From Lingula anatina (taxonomy: Eukaryota; Animalia; Brachiopoda), in the NCBI GenBank assembly GCA_051362555.1, contig CM120640.1, positions 42,200,788 to 42,264,787 of the forward strand: a stretch of 64,000 nt of DNA. Direction: 5' to 3'. The notes under the pieces are model-generated. The model worked only from the letters and a program-made list of their open reading frames with translations. It made no database searches and was not told where the DNA came from. This document shows, in pieces, positions 1 through 12,400 of the stretch. The stretch's first letter is position 1, and each line of letters begins with the position of its first letter. The translations under genes were made by a program, and so were the position numbers.

Positions 1-442
1 GATACTCATGAATATACGTAACTTCCGGTAACTCCGGAAGTCACGCGGTGAATTTGACCTTAATATTCATTCACTGTGTGTGTGGAGAGACGAAGAGACA
101 CGTGTGTTGTGTGCTCTAGGCTTTTTCAGTGTTATCAGGGTTAGTACAGGTATTTACTTATAAAGTATTATATTCATTCATAGTTATTCATTATAAAAGA
201 TACCGATATTTGTCTCACATTCAATATGTCAGTATTTCAGTATGTATGTATGTAACTTTATAATAGGCCTTATTAAAATATTCTCTTTGTACCTTTTTCA
301 GGGGGCCTTATATATGCCATTTTGTATGTCATTTTATTACATATGACTCTATATGCCATAATTGAATTGAATAAACGTTAATTTTTGGAAAACCAATCAA
401 CTTTGTTGCCATGCTATAAAATACAAGAAACACTCGGTTACA
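1..442 (+). repeat. 5' LTR of Gypsy element 1 (partial)
   Basis: No difference found by eye from 6007-6448; ends ...CGGTTACA, with the PBS starting 2 nt later. Confidence 0.96.
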
Positions 443-444
443 TT

Positions 445-461
445 TGGCGCTGCGAGCAGGG
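445..461 (+). promoter_or_regulatory. Primer binding site, probably tRNA-Ser
   Basis: TGGCGCTGCGAGCAGGG, 2 nt after the LTR. Its reverse complement CCCTGCTCGCAGCGCCA resembles the 3' end of metazoan tRNA-Ser (recalled, not searched). Confidence 0.75.
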
Positions 462-519
462 TAAGATAGTGTGGCACATGGCATATATAAGGCATACAAG
501 TAGTTAGCCCACCCCGCCC

Positions 520-800
520 TTCCTTGAGCCAGTGAACCAGAGCCAGTGACCTGTGTGAATCCTGTTCAGGGCTAGTGATGTAATTGAGCCAGGGAACCAG
601 AGCCAGTGACCTGTGTGAATACTGTTCTGGGCTAATGATTTCCTTGGGCCAGTGAACCAGAGCCAGTGTCATGTGTGAATCCATTTCTGGGTTAGTGATG
701 TCCTTGAGCCAGTGAATCAGAGCCAGTGATCTATGTGAATTCAGTACAGGACCAGTGCATGATTTCCTTGAGCCAGTGAACCAGGGCCAGTGATCTGCGT
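520..800 (+). repeat. About 60-bp tandem repeat (4-5 diverged copies) in the Gypsy 5' leader
   Basis: Recurring TTGAGCCAGTGAACCAGAGCCAGTGA...TGTGAAT at 60-nt spacing. Confidence 0.85.
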
Positions 801-1111
801 GTGTGGACATAGTACAGGATCAGTGAAATTCGTCGTGTCAACGCAGGACCAGGGTCAGTGACTTCCTCAGTAAATCTTCATGGTGTCGGCGCAAGACCAA
901 TGATCTGTGGAGCCAGAGTAGTCTCATACCATACATTTTGCAGTGCATTACAGTGAATAAATATATTGTAAATATTGTATATATTCTTATTGTTTATCAG
1001 TTGTAGTAGTATTATATGTTATAGTTTAGTTTAGTTTTGTTTAGTTTAGTTTAACATTACATCAGTCAACTGAGTTAGAATATTGCATGTTGTTAGTTGG
1101 GTTGAATAAAA

Positions 1112-2056
1112 ATGGCAGAGAGTAAAGAAAAACTAAAGTCAGAAATTAAAGAAGAGTTAAGATCTGAAGGTTTTACTGATCAATCATGTTACCAGTATAT
1201 TTCCTCTTCAAGAAGAATAGCACGTTTTAAAGATAAGCCTTTATCTCCTGATGATGTAGAAATTAAGGAATGGGTGCAAGATATAAAAGCTCACCTCAAT
1301 ACCAGAAAATTTAAAGATAGGGAAGAAGCTGCCGCTTTCATTGTTAGTAATTTAGCTGGTAAAGCTAGAAAAGAAATCATTGGTAGAGGGATAGAAATTA
1401 GCACAAACCCAGAGAAAATTTTTGAAATTTTAATAAAAGTTTTCGGGGATGGTGACATACTGCCTGTTCTTCAGCAACGTTTTTATGAGTACAAACAAGG
1501 TAGTAAAGAAGATCTGCTCTCATGTTCACTAAAATTGGTTGAACTTTTTGATGAAATTTGTGTTATCAGGGAAGAATTCTTGGTTGACAGAGATAATACA
1601 CTGAAAGGTAGATTAGCGGAATGTGTTAGAGATAACAGTTTGAAAAGAGAGTTGAGAAGACTAAATTTAGAACAACCAAGATTGTCATTTTTTGACCTTA
1701 GAGATAGAGCTATTGACTGGATCGGTAGGAGTGATCAGAATCAGAAAGAAACAGGTACTCTCCAAGAGTCTGCTGTACAAAATGATGAAATTTTAAAATT
1801 AGTCCAAGAACAAAGTAAACAAATAGCTCAGCAATCTAAACAAATTTTGCAACAACAGCAACAAATAAATGAGTTAATGAGAGGACAATTTCGAGGTCAG
1901 CGTGACATGATAAGAGAAGTAAGAGGTAGAGGTCAAAGTAGAGGTAGAGGTCGACATAGCAACCGATATGGTAGACAATCTGAGGTGAGGAAATGTTTTA
2001 AGTGTGGTTCAGAAGAACATTTACTTAGAAACTGTCCACAAAATCAGGATTTTTAA
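1112..2056 (+). CDS. gag: Gypsy Gag, intact, 314 aa
   Basis: Uninterrupted ORF with a Gln-rich coiled coil, RGRG-rich stretch and zinc knuckle CFKCGSEEHLLRNC. Confidence 0.92.
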   Translation: MAESKEKLKSEIKEELRSEGFTDQSCYQYISSSRRIARFKDKPLSPDDVEIKEWVQDIKAHLNTRKFKDREEAAAFIVSNLAGKARKEIIGRGIEISTNPEKIFEILIKVFGDGDILPVLQQRFYEYKQGSKEDLLSCSLKLVELFDEICVIREEFLVDRDNTLKGRLAECVRDNSLKRELRRLNLEQPRLSFFDLRDRAIDWIGRSDQNQKETGTLQESAVQNDEILKLVQEQSKQIAQQSKQILQQQQQINELMRGQFRGQRDMIREVRGRGQSRGRGRHSNRYGRQSEVRKCFKCGSEEHLLRNCPQNQDF

Positions 2057-2173
2057 ATGGGTTTTTAACAAAGATAGTTGGAAAATGTCCAGAAACTGTG
2101 GTTAGCATCAATGGATGTAGTATTCAGTGTTTATTGGACACGGGAGCGCAAGTATCAACAGTCACAGAAAGAT
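2047..2173 (+). pseudogene. N-terminal stub of Pol (aspartic protease) in the -1 frame, cut by the inversion junction
   Basis: The -1 frame reads ...IVGKCPETVVSINGCSIQCLLDTGAQVSTVTERW; candidate slippery heptamer G GAT TTT at 2047-2053. Confidence 0.85.
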
Positions 2174-2992
2174 GGTACAAAGAGAATATTTTAATAAGGC
2201 CTATTATAAAGTTACATACATACATACTGAAATACTGACATATTGAATGTGAGACAAATATCGGTATCTTTTATAATGAATAACTATGAATGAATATAAT
2301 ACTTTATAAGTAAATACCTGTACTAACCCTGATAACACTGAAAAAGCCTAGAGCACACAACACACGTGTCTCTTCGTCTCTCCACACACACAGTGAATGA
2401 ATATTAAGGTCAAATTCACCGCGTGACTTCCGGAGTTACCGGAAGTTACGTATATTCATGAGTATCTTATCACTTGTCACATTCTCCCCTCCTAATTGTT
2501 TTGTCGTCCCAGACAAAATAATTGTTACAGTAATTACTTATAAAAAGTTTGCATAAGCTTGTCTTAAACTATATATACCATAATCAAAACAACAATAAAC
2601 CATTATATATAATAACTACTATTTACATGACACCAGTATCTCACTTAATTATAACTATTCTTTACTCTCTTTAATCAAATACTTAAACCAAAGCTTACAT
2701 CATTTAAGTTATCAGAGACATCCAATGTACATTAACATAGTAAGTATAATGCATCTTACAAGAACTCTCTCTCTACTTAAACCTTAGCCTACACAACATA
2801 CTTGATAAAAGTTATCAGAGACATCCAATGTACATTAACATAGTAAGTATAATGCATCTTACAAGAACTCTCTCTCTACTTTAACCTTAGCCTACACAAC
2901 ATACTTGATAAAAGTTATCAGAGACATCCAATGTACATTAACATAGTAAGTATAATGCATCTTACAAGAACTATCTCTACACGGTACTTTAT
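2174..2992 (-). repeat. Left arm of an 819-bp inverted repeat (reverse complement of 5481-6299): inverted partial LTR 2174-2481, inverted PPT and 3' UTR
   Basis: Both ends pair (2174/6299 and 2992/5481, each summing to 8473); inverted LTR start TGTGACAAG ends at 2481. Confidence 0.95.
2706..2980. repeat. 103-bp tandem repeat (about 2.7 copies) in the Gypsy 3' UTR, mirrored at about 5493-5767
   Basis: GTTATCAGAGACATCC at 2708, 2811 and 2914. Confidence 0.9.
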
Positions 2993-3333
2993 CACTTAAC
3001 TACCCTGTACAATCAAGATATCAACTTTATACTAACTAATCACACTCTTAATACTGGAGTCTTATACTTAACTACACTTAAACTACCTAATATATACTAA
3101 CTTATCACCCTCCTCATACTGGAGTCTTATACTTAAATACACTTAAACTATTAACTAAGTAATCACTATCCTAATACTGAATTTCTATCACTTAAAAACA
3201 CCTAAACTATCAACTACATACTAAGTAATCACCCTCCTAATACTGGAGTATTATTACTTTGTAAAAAAAAAATAAATACAACTATACCAGCTTAGCTGTC
3301 CTGAAAAATACCTAAGCATAACTACACATGTAC

Positions 3334-5480
3334 TTAAGTTTTTCTCAACATTAATTGTAAGAACAATTTTTGAGTCTCTACTAAATCCTGTAATGAATCA
3401 CACCCTTCTGATTTTTTATTCTCAGTACCCTGAAAATCTAACTGTCCATCAGTCTGAGTAGATATTGTTTTACACTCTACAGATTGCTCCACACAGACAC
3501 TTTTAGGCAATTTATTGATATTTGAATGTTTTCCTGCTGTTCTTCGCGTACTTCTCCTTAATACAGCTACTTCATTACGAAGCTGGTCCAATGACATGTT
3601 ACTAAAATCCATTTCAGCATTTTGGTCACATTCCTGTACATTTGATTCAGGATTTGATTTTCTTAACACATAAACTTCATATTCCTCATTTTCATCACTT
3701 TCATCAGAATCTGAATCATTTTTGTTCACACGTTGCACATTTTGACATGACTGACCAGTCTCAACTTCACTGCTTTCCTCTTTCTGGACCCTATCTAAGA
3801 CTAATTCACGAGCATCCATCAATGCGTCACGGTGAATTGTTCTCTCAGGCCCTGTTCCATTGACACGTTTCACTTTGTACACTCTTCCCTCAATATCCAC
3901 ACAGTCTATAACAATATATGGCTCTGCTTCCCACTTGTCTTGAATTTTATTCCTTCCCATTACATGGAAATTTTTCACAAAAACGTGGCTTCCAAGCACC
4001 AAAGGTCTGCTATTTGCTTTCACTTTGCTTCTTTCATGGCGTTTAGTAGCTTCATTTTCTGTATATTTCAAAGCTGTTCGGTATGCTTCCCGCAGGCGTT
4101 TCTGGTGACCAACAATCCAGTCATTCACTTCTTCCCCTGCTGTCTCCCCTCCTGGAATACTTGATTTTAAAAGAAAATCAATTGGCAATCTTGGCTCTCT
4201 CCCGAACATTAAAAAATAGGGAGAATACTTCGTAGTTGTATGAGGTGTACAGTTATATGAATATACTAATTCTGGTAAATACTCTGGCCAACGTTTTTTC
4301 TGTTCTTGTTGTAGAGTTCTTAAACGGTCGTGTAATGTTCTATTAAAGCGCTCAGCTTGAGAATTTCCCTGAGGATGATACGGTGTTGTTCTGCTTTTTA
4401 CAATGCCATAAATTCCACACAATTCCTTTATCAATGCACTTTCAAAATTACGTCCTTGATCACTGTGAATACGATCTGGAGCACCAAATCGAACAAACCA
4501 TTCCTTAACTAAAATCTTAGCTACAGTTTTTGCTTTCTGATCACGTGTGGGGATAACCTGAGTATACTTTGTAAATACATCTGTCATAACTAATACATTT
4601 TCAAGACCAGAACTACTTGGTTCTAACATCGTGAAATCTATAGCTAACACTTCTAAGGGACGCTTTGCAATTATTGAACCCAAAGACGTTTTCACACTTT
4701 TTCCTTTGGCAACTACACAACGCTGACAATTATCACAATAGTCTTTCACTTCTTTTCCCATGCAAGGCCAAAAACAACGAGATTCCAATATTTGTAAAGT
4801 TTTCTCACTCGACTGATGACCCATATTATCATGTACTGCTTTCAAAACAACAGTTTTTAAAAATTCTGGTAACAAAACTTGACATGCAACTACATTGTTA
4901 TGCACCTTGGTTCTATATAATATTCCATTCACTTCTTTCAATCTACTCCAGTCTCTGAGAATTCTGTTCACTTTCTTAGTTTCTTTACGCATCTGTCGGA
5001 CAGTTGGCTTTCCATGTCTCCAATATTTGAGTACTCTGCCAATCGTGTTGTCGGTTTCCTGGTATTTCTTCATATCTTCACTATCAATTGCAGGAAAAGT
5101 ACTAGTGGATAAATGATTTTCTTGAATCCTTATGTCTTTATCTATACTGGCAGTCTGTGCAATCAGTTTTCGTGGAAGTAAAGTACCATAATGTCTAAAA
5201 AATGCATTTTCAGCTTGCTCATTCCACTGTACTTCTTCAAACCGCACAGAATGAGGTTCTGCGTCTGTAACATCTTTTCTACTCAATGCATCTGCTACCA
5301 CGTTGGTTTTTCCTGATCTGTACTTTATCTGTAATCTAAAATTGGCTAGCTCGGCAACCCATCTTGCCTCTGTTGCTCCAAGTTTTGCAGATGACTGTAC
5401 ATATGCAAGTGGATTATTATCTGTATATACAACACAGTTTGCACCAATTAGATAGTCTCTGAATTTCTCTGTAACAGCCC
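3334..5480 (-). CDS. pol: Inverted Pol fragment: RNase H C-terminus plus complete integrase (no RT, no native start)
   Basis: WAVTEKFRDYL...TDNNPL...VADALSR (RNase H), H-H-C-C zinc finger (HDNMGH...CDNC), IDFT / HSDQG / AERFN catalytic DDE, GPY/F-like region. Frame open throughout. Confidence 0.93.
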
Positions 5481-5991
5481 ATAAAGTACCGTGTAGAGAT
5501 AGTTCTTGTAAGATGCATTATACTTACTATGTTAATGTACATTGGATGTCTCTGATAACTTTTATCAAGTATGTTGTGTAGGCTAAGGTTAAAGTAGAGA
5601 GAGAGTTCTTGTAAGATGCATTATACTTACTATGTTAATGTACATTGGATGTCTCTGATAACTTTTATCAAGTATGTTGTGTAGGCTAAGGTTTAAGTAG
5701 AGAGAGAGTTCTTGTAAGATGCATTATACTTACTATGTTAATGTACATTGGATGTCTCTGATAACTTAAATGATGTAAGCTTTGGTTTAAGTATTTGATT
5801 AAAGAGAGTAAAGAATAGTTATAATTAAGTGAGATACTGGTGTCATGTAAATAGTAGTTATTATATATAATGGTTTATTGTTGTTTTGATTATGGTATAT
5901 ATAGTTTAAGACAAGCTTATGCAAACTTTTTATAAGTAATTACTGTAACAATTATTTTGTCTGGGACGACAAAACAATTAGGAGGGGAGAA

Positions 5992-6448
5992 TGTGACAAG
6001 TGATAAGATACTCATGAATATACGTAACTTCCGGTAACTCCGGAAGTCACGCGGTGAATTTGACCTTAATATTCATTCACTGTGTGTGTGGAGAGACGAA
6101 GAGACACGTGTGTTGTGTGCTCTAGGCTTTTTCAGTGTTATCAGGGTTAGTACAGGTATTTACTTATAAAGTATTATATTCATTCATAGTTATTCATTAT
6201 AAAAGATACCGATATTTGTCTCACATTCAATATGTCAGTATTTCAGTATGTATGTATGTAACTTTATAATAGGCCTTATTAAAATATTCTCTTTGTACCT
6301 TTTTCAGGGGGCCTTATATATGCCATTTTGTATGTCATTTTATTACATATGACTCTATATGCCATAATTGAATTGAATAAACGTTAATTTTTGGAAAACC
6401 AATCAACTTTGTTGCCATGCTATAAAATACAAGAAACACTCGGTTACA
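5992..6448 (+). repeat. 3' LTR of Gypsy element 1 (457 bp)
   Basis: TGTGAC...GTTACA termini, preceded by the polypurine tract. Confidence 0.96.
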
Positions 6449-6480
6449 AGTATATACCCAAATACTAGTACAATACAAAC

Positions 6481-9400
6481 CTGTGATAGCGCTGACCAGC
6501 ATTCCAACCACCACAACCACCAGTACTCCAAAGCCACTGTACCACAGGTACGACAAGTTGTACAGGCCATTCAGCGGGGGCCTGAAAATACAGGCACCCA
6601 AAGTACATGTAACTAGTTCTCCACACCATCCAGGGTGGAGTAATGAAGTAAGGTTTGCCACAAAATGGGGTTTACTGAACTAATACAACAAAGTTAAACA
6701 AATAAAAAAATTATCGAAACCTATCGGTCTGAACAGGGAATTATATCTACGGTTTAATTCCCTGGTCTGAACTAGGACGAATGTGAATCATATTATCTGT
6801 CCACTAATTAAACAGCAACGAACATCAACTATACTGGAGTTTTGATACACATTTTCGTATTCATGAATACACTGTAAATGGTTTACGACGTCGACTCACT
6901 CATAAGCCGGCATGGTTGTGGTCATCATAGTGGTCATGTCGCTGACCGAGCTGGACATGGACGCAGCAGTGGTTGTAAGGTTGACCAGACTGCTGTTCAC
7001 TGGGTAACAACCGGCCACAGACACGGGGGCCGTCCACACCACCGGTTTGTAAATCTGGGCGCCAATGCCGATCCAAAAGGTGAGTATAAGGCCGGTCAAC
7101 AGCCCACTAATTGCGCCCTAATGGAAATTAAATAAACTGGAACTCTCCCAAAGTCATTTAACGATGTTTAATTCAACCATTCCCTTACTTCTTTAATTTT
7201 TTTTAATTTCTTTTCTTTTCACTCTTTTTCTTACATTTAAAATGATATACGAGTCGGTGGTATTTTCAGTCCTTACGGTAAATGCTAGATATGCAGATAT
7301 GCTAAATTATGCTAAAGAGGTGATAACGAACAGGTAACTCTGTCTGGTATTGAAGCTCACATCAAGCCACATAGATTGATCAACATTGAGCGTCTTACCT
7401 TCCAATTGGCCCATGGAAACAAGACCCCCAGGGTAAATACACCCAAAAGTGGACCGCCGATCATTCCAAACAGCGCCAGGGCAGCCTGAAACCGGTCAAT
7501 AGTACTATTACTAAATGGATAACAACTCTTCATGTCAGATTCAAAATTCCACAATAAATACATTGTAATTAAAACATACAAGTATAATTAAATCCATTTT
7601 ACCAACAAAAAAGGCGGTTGTAGCAATTATTTTGGAATCTGTGCTTGTCATCGGACCACGTCGAGCTACACAGATGGCTACACTCCGTAATTATCTCTTA
7701 AGAGATTCTTACAAAAGCCAGGCTTAAAAAAAACAATCGACTAACTTTGAACTTTGGAACAGATTCCATGACCATTGGAAAATATGGAAATTTTTATGGC
7801 ACTTTTCCCGTCAAAATGAAGAGTGGTAATCCCTTTAAATTTGGGTGAGCACTGTACAAGTATGCCACCAGTATTACATTTACGCGCCTATCAGTCGTGG
7901 TACATGTACACATACTTATTCGTGGATAAAGACTATGCGTTGAGGAATTTAAGACATGATATTGGGCATTTGCAAGGGGGAGGAAGTATTGCTAATCTGT
8001 AAAAGAGGCTATTATGTTTTTGCTTGTCATTTGTGTTTCTTATTTTACTTTATTCTGAAAATGACGTGCTTTCACGCTAATATTTTCACGACAAGACACG
8101 TGGTATATATGTGCTGTCTTAGTTTAGGGTACTGCTGATGGCATTTCAACGTAGGCTACAAGCCCAAATCATTAAAGGTGAATGACTTATCTGAAAGATA
8201 ATGACTTGATGCTAGCGCTATTAATTTATTGTTCCAATTTTCTTAATTCGGAGGCGGAGACTGGTCGATTTAACCTTAGAAAGAAAACTGGTTTATAAAT
8301 TATACATTTCTCAACAGTATTGAATAAGATACATGTGCACCCTTATTATTAGGGCTGTCATACTTGACAAAGCATACCTGGAGTACACCTCCAAGCTGTG
8401 ACGCCACAAATGTCAAGCCTATCATTATTAACCCGAAAACCGCAGCTGTAATGAAAAGTAGTCTCATGTATACCAGCACATTTTAGTAGGTCTTATAAAC
8501 TGATTACTGTACATGATATTGTCCTCTCTATATTTCCTAAAATGATTGACTAACACGATTGTAACGGCAACGAGATGTTGGTACCAAGGACCAAATTGTC
8601 AAACTCGTTATTACTACTGTGGTATTACAGAGCCATGCATAACAACATATAAAATGCCCTCTTTAGTATTTTCTCTCTCAGACACCGGCTGTTTTTAAAC
8701 TATTAAATTCAGTTACATAAATGACACCTTAAATTATATGTACTACATGAACCCTATATAGTGCATACGCAAGATAACGTAATACGTATCCATGGTACCA
8801 TCTCAAGGTAACGTTATTTAATAATTTACATATCTAGATCGTCAATATGGTTTAACCAACATACACATTATTTTGGACAACAGCGTCGCTCTGGCGTCGG
8901 ACATGTTCTTGCAGCAAAATTCCTGGAACAAGTCACGTGTGAAAACCGTGGCCAGGCTGTTCAGACCGGAAGACAACGTACTGAAGATAATGAAATAATA
9001 AATCTGTGAAAAATATTCTAACAAAATGTCTCAGCAGTCTGTTGTATGTTATTATTATATTTATATTGCTGCATTAGTATTATTTCAAAACAGAACACAA
9101 GTACCTAAGCGCTCCGCTGAAGAGGCAGGCAGTGAAGAGGCCAGGCAGACCAGGCACGAAGGCTAGCTTGTCCATTACGAACAGCGGCAGTAGCTGTCAA
9201 ACACGTGTAGATGAAAAAAATAATTCCAGTTAAGAGATATGGTATCAGATACACGTATAAGAGAAATGATATGATATATACGTGGTACTATACCAGTAAA
9301 ACACCACAGGTAATGAAAATAAAAACTACAGCATTGCATTGAATAAAATATAAAAAAACATACACCTTTATCAAATGGTAATTAACGCATGAAGCTGGTT

Positions 9401-12400
9401 AAATCAACTTTCATTTTTATAAAAGCCTTACATTTTTCGAAAAGGGTTTACGCGAGTTTGAATACTATAACAGGCATCATTATACCTGATCTTGATTGGA
9501 AATGTCTTTATTTGTCATTGGGTCACAGTCGAAGTAGTGGGCATAGATCAGGATACCGGACATGGCGCTGATGATCAGAATGGCGATCAATCCCGGTGCG
9601 TTAATCCACATGGCTCTAGGAGGTTAAAATTACTCTGTTGTACAAGACATGCATACTAAGTATCGTTGCGTCGACGGGCTACATTTTAGTTTTATTACCA
9701 CCTGTTGAGCTCAACGTGTGACACTCAAATGAAGATGTTATAAGTGTACAGATAATGAGAAAACATTCCAGAAGAGATTCTCGTTCGGAATAAGATAATG
9801 GTATGGCTTCTTTAAATCACAAATCATCTCTGACACATTTGAGACCAATAAATAATGGTAAATGATGCACTTACATCTGGGCTCTCCTGAGGTCGACCAC
9901 TGTGAGAGCTCTCTGTACCTGAGCCTGGTTAACACCGTACACAGCCAGCCAGGTAAAGAACCCGCCAAACACACACGTCCAAACTGTGTGCCGCTCACGG
10001 GGATCTGGGTTGAAACTGAAAGGCCAAAGGTATAGAGAATAGGATATAGGGAAACACGAGTTCCGCCCCTTAAGTGCTACCTGATTTTATTAACATTTGT
10101 GACTTATGTTGTAATCATTTACAAGCTCTGCCCATGTATACGATAAATACTCGTACATCTCAAACGATTCTATCACATGGTCATACAAATAGAAAATCTA
10201 ATCAGCCTTACTCGAGAAAGTTTATTCTGTTCCCGTCTATGTTAATTTTCCAAGCATTCTGGAATCCTCCTAATTCCAGTGATCCTTGAATAAGCACAGC
10301 CAGAAGCCCAGCAAACATCATGCAGATCTGGAAGGTGTCAGTCCACATGACGGCCTTGATGCCGCCCTATGGGATAAAACAATACCAGTAAATCTAAATG
10401 AACGCGGTCACAAAAAAATACATCCTTTATTACTAAGTTGGTTTTCACCCAACATTTAACTTTTTCATGTAGATTAATGCACCAAGCTATGATCATTTTG
10501 GTACAGTAGAATGGCCGAGTTCACTAACGGTTACATACATGTACTAGTGACGCTTTAGTGAACATAATTTTTATGCAAAGTGACCAAAAGAAAAAAGATC
10601 ATGCACAAACTTAAAATTAAAAGTCCAACAATTTTTTGTTGTTGTTGTTATTTGCTTGTTTGTTTTTTCTTTTTCTCCCCCCCCCCCTTTTTTGCGGGGT
10701 GGGGGCTTCATCCTATTTGAATAAAACTGCGATCATCACGTAATATTATTTGAGGAGCAGGTTAAAAAAGACTGAATGAAAATTGTGAAATGAAATAACT
10801 TGAAAAGTGACAAAAATGAGTAAAAAGTTAGGTAAACGGGAAAATCGAAACATTTTTACCGACAAACATCAATGCTTCCTTTATCCTAGCTACCTATTTA
10901 GGAGTTCGGACCCTAGATATATAATAGAGACTTCTATTTTAACCTGGGTTTCGTCGCTGTTTTCATAAAATGATATCAAAATAACACTAGTATTCAAGTC
11001 ACGTTGACCTGTTATTCCGTCACTACTTGAAAGGAACGAAGTCAATTTTCAAAAAATTGTTGTTTAACTGTAAACACCTGCTTTCAATACTAGCAATATA
11101 ATTCTAGTGTTTAGACCATATACATTATTTAAAAATTAGGTGAGGTAGGTACGGATGTTTTAATGGACGTCTTAAACTTCTCTGCTTTCGTCATATAGGT
11201 AAGGCGCATTCTTTGTTTGACCGAATTCTTGAGACGCGGCTCTGTTGACATCGAACGCTGCCTGCCTTTCACAAGCCCATAGCATCATTATTAAGTCCCC
11301 ATTATATGATCAACACTTGTTTACTTGTTGTCTTTAAAGATGTTTTTCCCAATGATGTTTCTAAAAAAGCCTGATGTTATATCAAAACGGGTCACCTTCA
11401 AACGAACAATGAACTACCAGTATGCTCTAGTGAATGTGAATGTGAGTGGAACACGGAAGAAAGCATGTTATCACTGTGTGGTGACGTTATTTAAAAGTAC
11501 TCATATTCAGTTTACCGCTGTAACCTTATTTGAGTACACAGATTTGCGTGGTGCGTGTTATTTAGGCCACATGAATTAAGCAGTTCTAAGTATGGCACTC
11601 TTGCGTGTGGTGTGAATATTGAAACTAAAAGTGAAAACAACACTTACTATACTCGTGTAAAAAATGCAGACAATTCCCACGGAACACACAGCAATCCAAC
11701 GATTAAGACCGGTGACTAGAATTGCAACAGAAACAATATCATGCTATTGTTTACTCACACTAGTTATGGGAGAGATAACTGATGCCAAGACAATATTTCA
11801 CAGCAACTTTCAACAGTTCAAATATAAAGTTTTTAATACAATGGTGAAATACATCCAAAGTACAACATAAGACAAATTCAATTAGGGATAAAAATGGTAT
11901 ACCGTAAAATGTTTACCATAATGAATAATGATAGTAACTGAGTAGTTTGACAGATACCTTGTTCAAGTGCTAGAGACGGTGCATACAAAACAATCGCCAT
12001 GTACAGAATCTGAAATATGCAGTATTGCATTGAAAGTTAATGAAATGACAATTAATTAAACCTTACAATTACCTTCAGCAACGCAGAGAAAGTTAACAAT
12101 TCTTTTCGAAAAAGATTAAAAAATAAAAAAAAATTGTAAAATTACCTCTAGATAAATCACACAAAGCAATTTTTTCCATTATTATTATTATTATTTTTTT
12201 ATAACTAACCATCTGCAGGCTGAAAGTGAGTGATCCGGCAACACGCACCACCTTGTTGAAACGCATCTCGAGATACTAGAAAAGATGACACTTATTAAGT
12301 ACTTTACTATGAAATTTCATCCTTTTAATACTGTAGGCCTACTTTTCGATAGATTCAAACCTCCTCCAGGTAGATATTCGGTGTATTGAGTGTCAAGAGT

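Larger units (their letters stand above)
1..6448 (+). mobile_element. Ty3/Gypsy LTR retrotransposon, internally rearranged (RT deleted, RNaseH-IN block inverted); first 15 nt of the 5' LTR lie outside the window
   Basis: Direct LTRs (1-442 matches 6007-6448; full LTR 5992-6448, TG...CA), PBS, PPT AGGAGGGGAGAA at 5980-5991, gag with CCHC, protease DTG motif and DDE integrase. Confidence 0.96.

Noticed and set aside
520-800. Regularly spaced repeats resembling a CRISPR array (also 2706-2980 and 63660-64000)
   Set aside because: The whole units repeat with no unique spacers, the context is eukaryotic TE sequence, and there are no cas genes.
397-810. 137-aa repetitive ORF
   Set aside because: It is an antisense read of the 60-bp leader tandem repeat of the retrotransposon, with no independent coding evidence.
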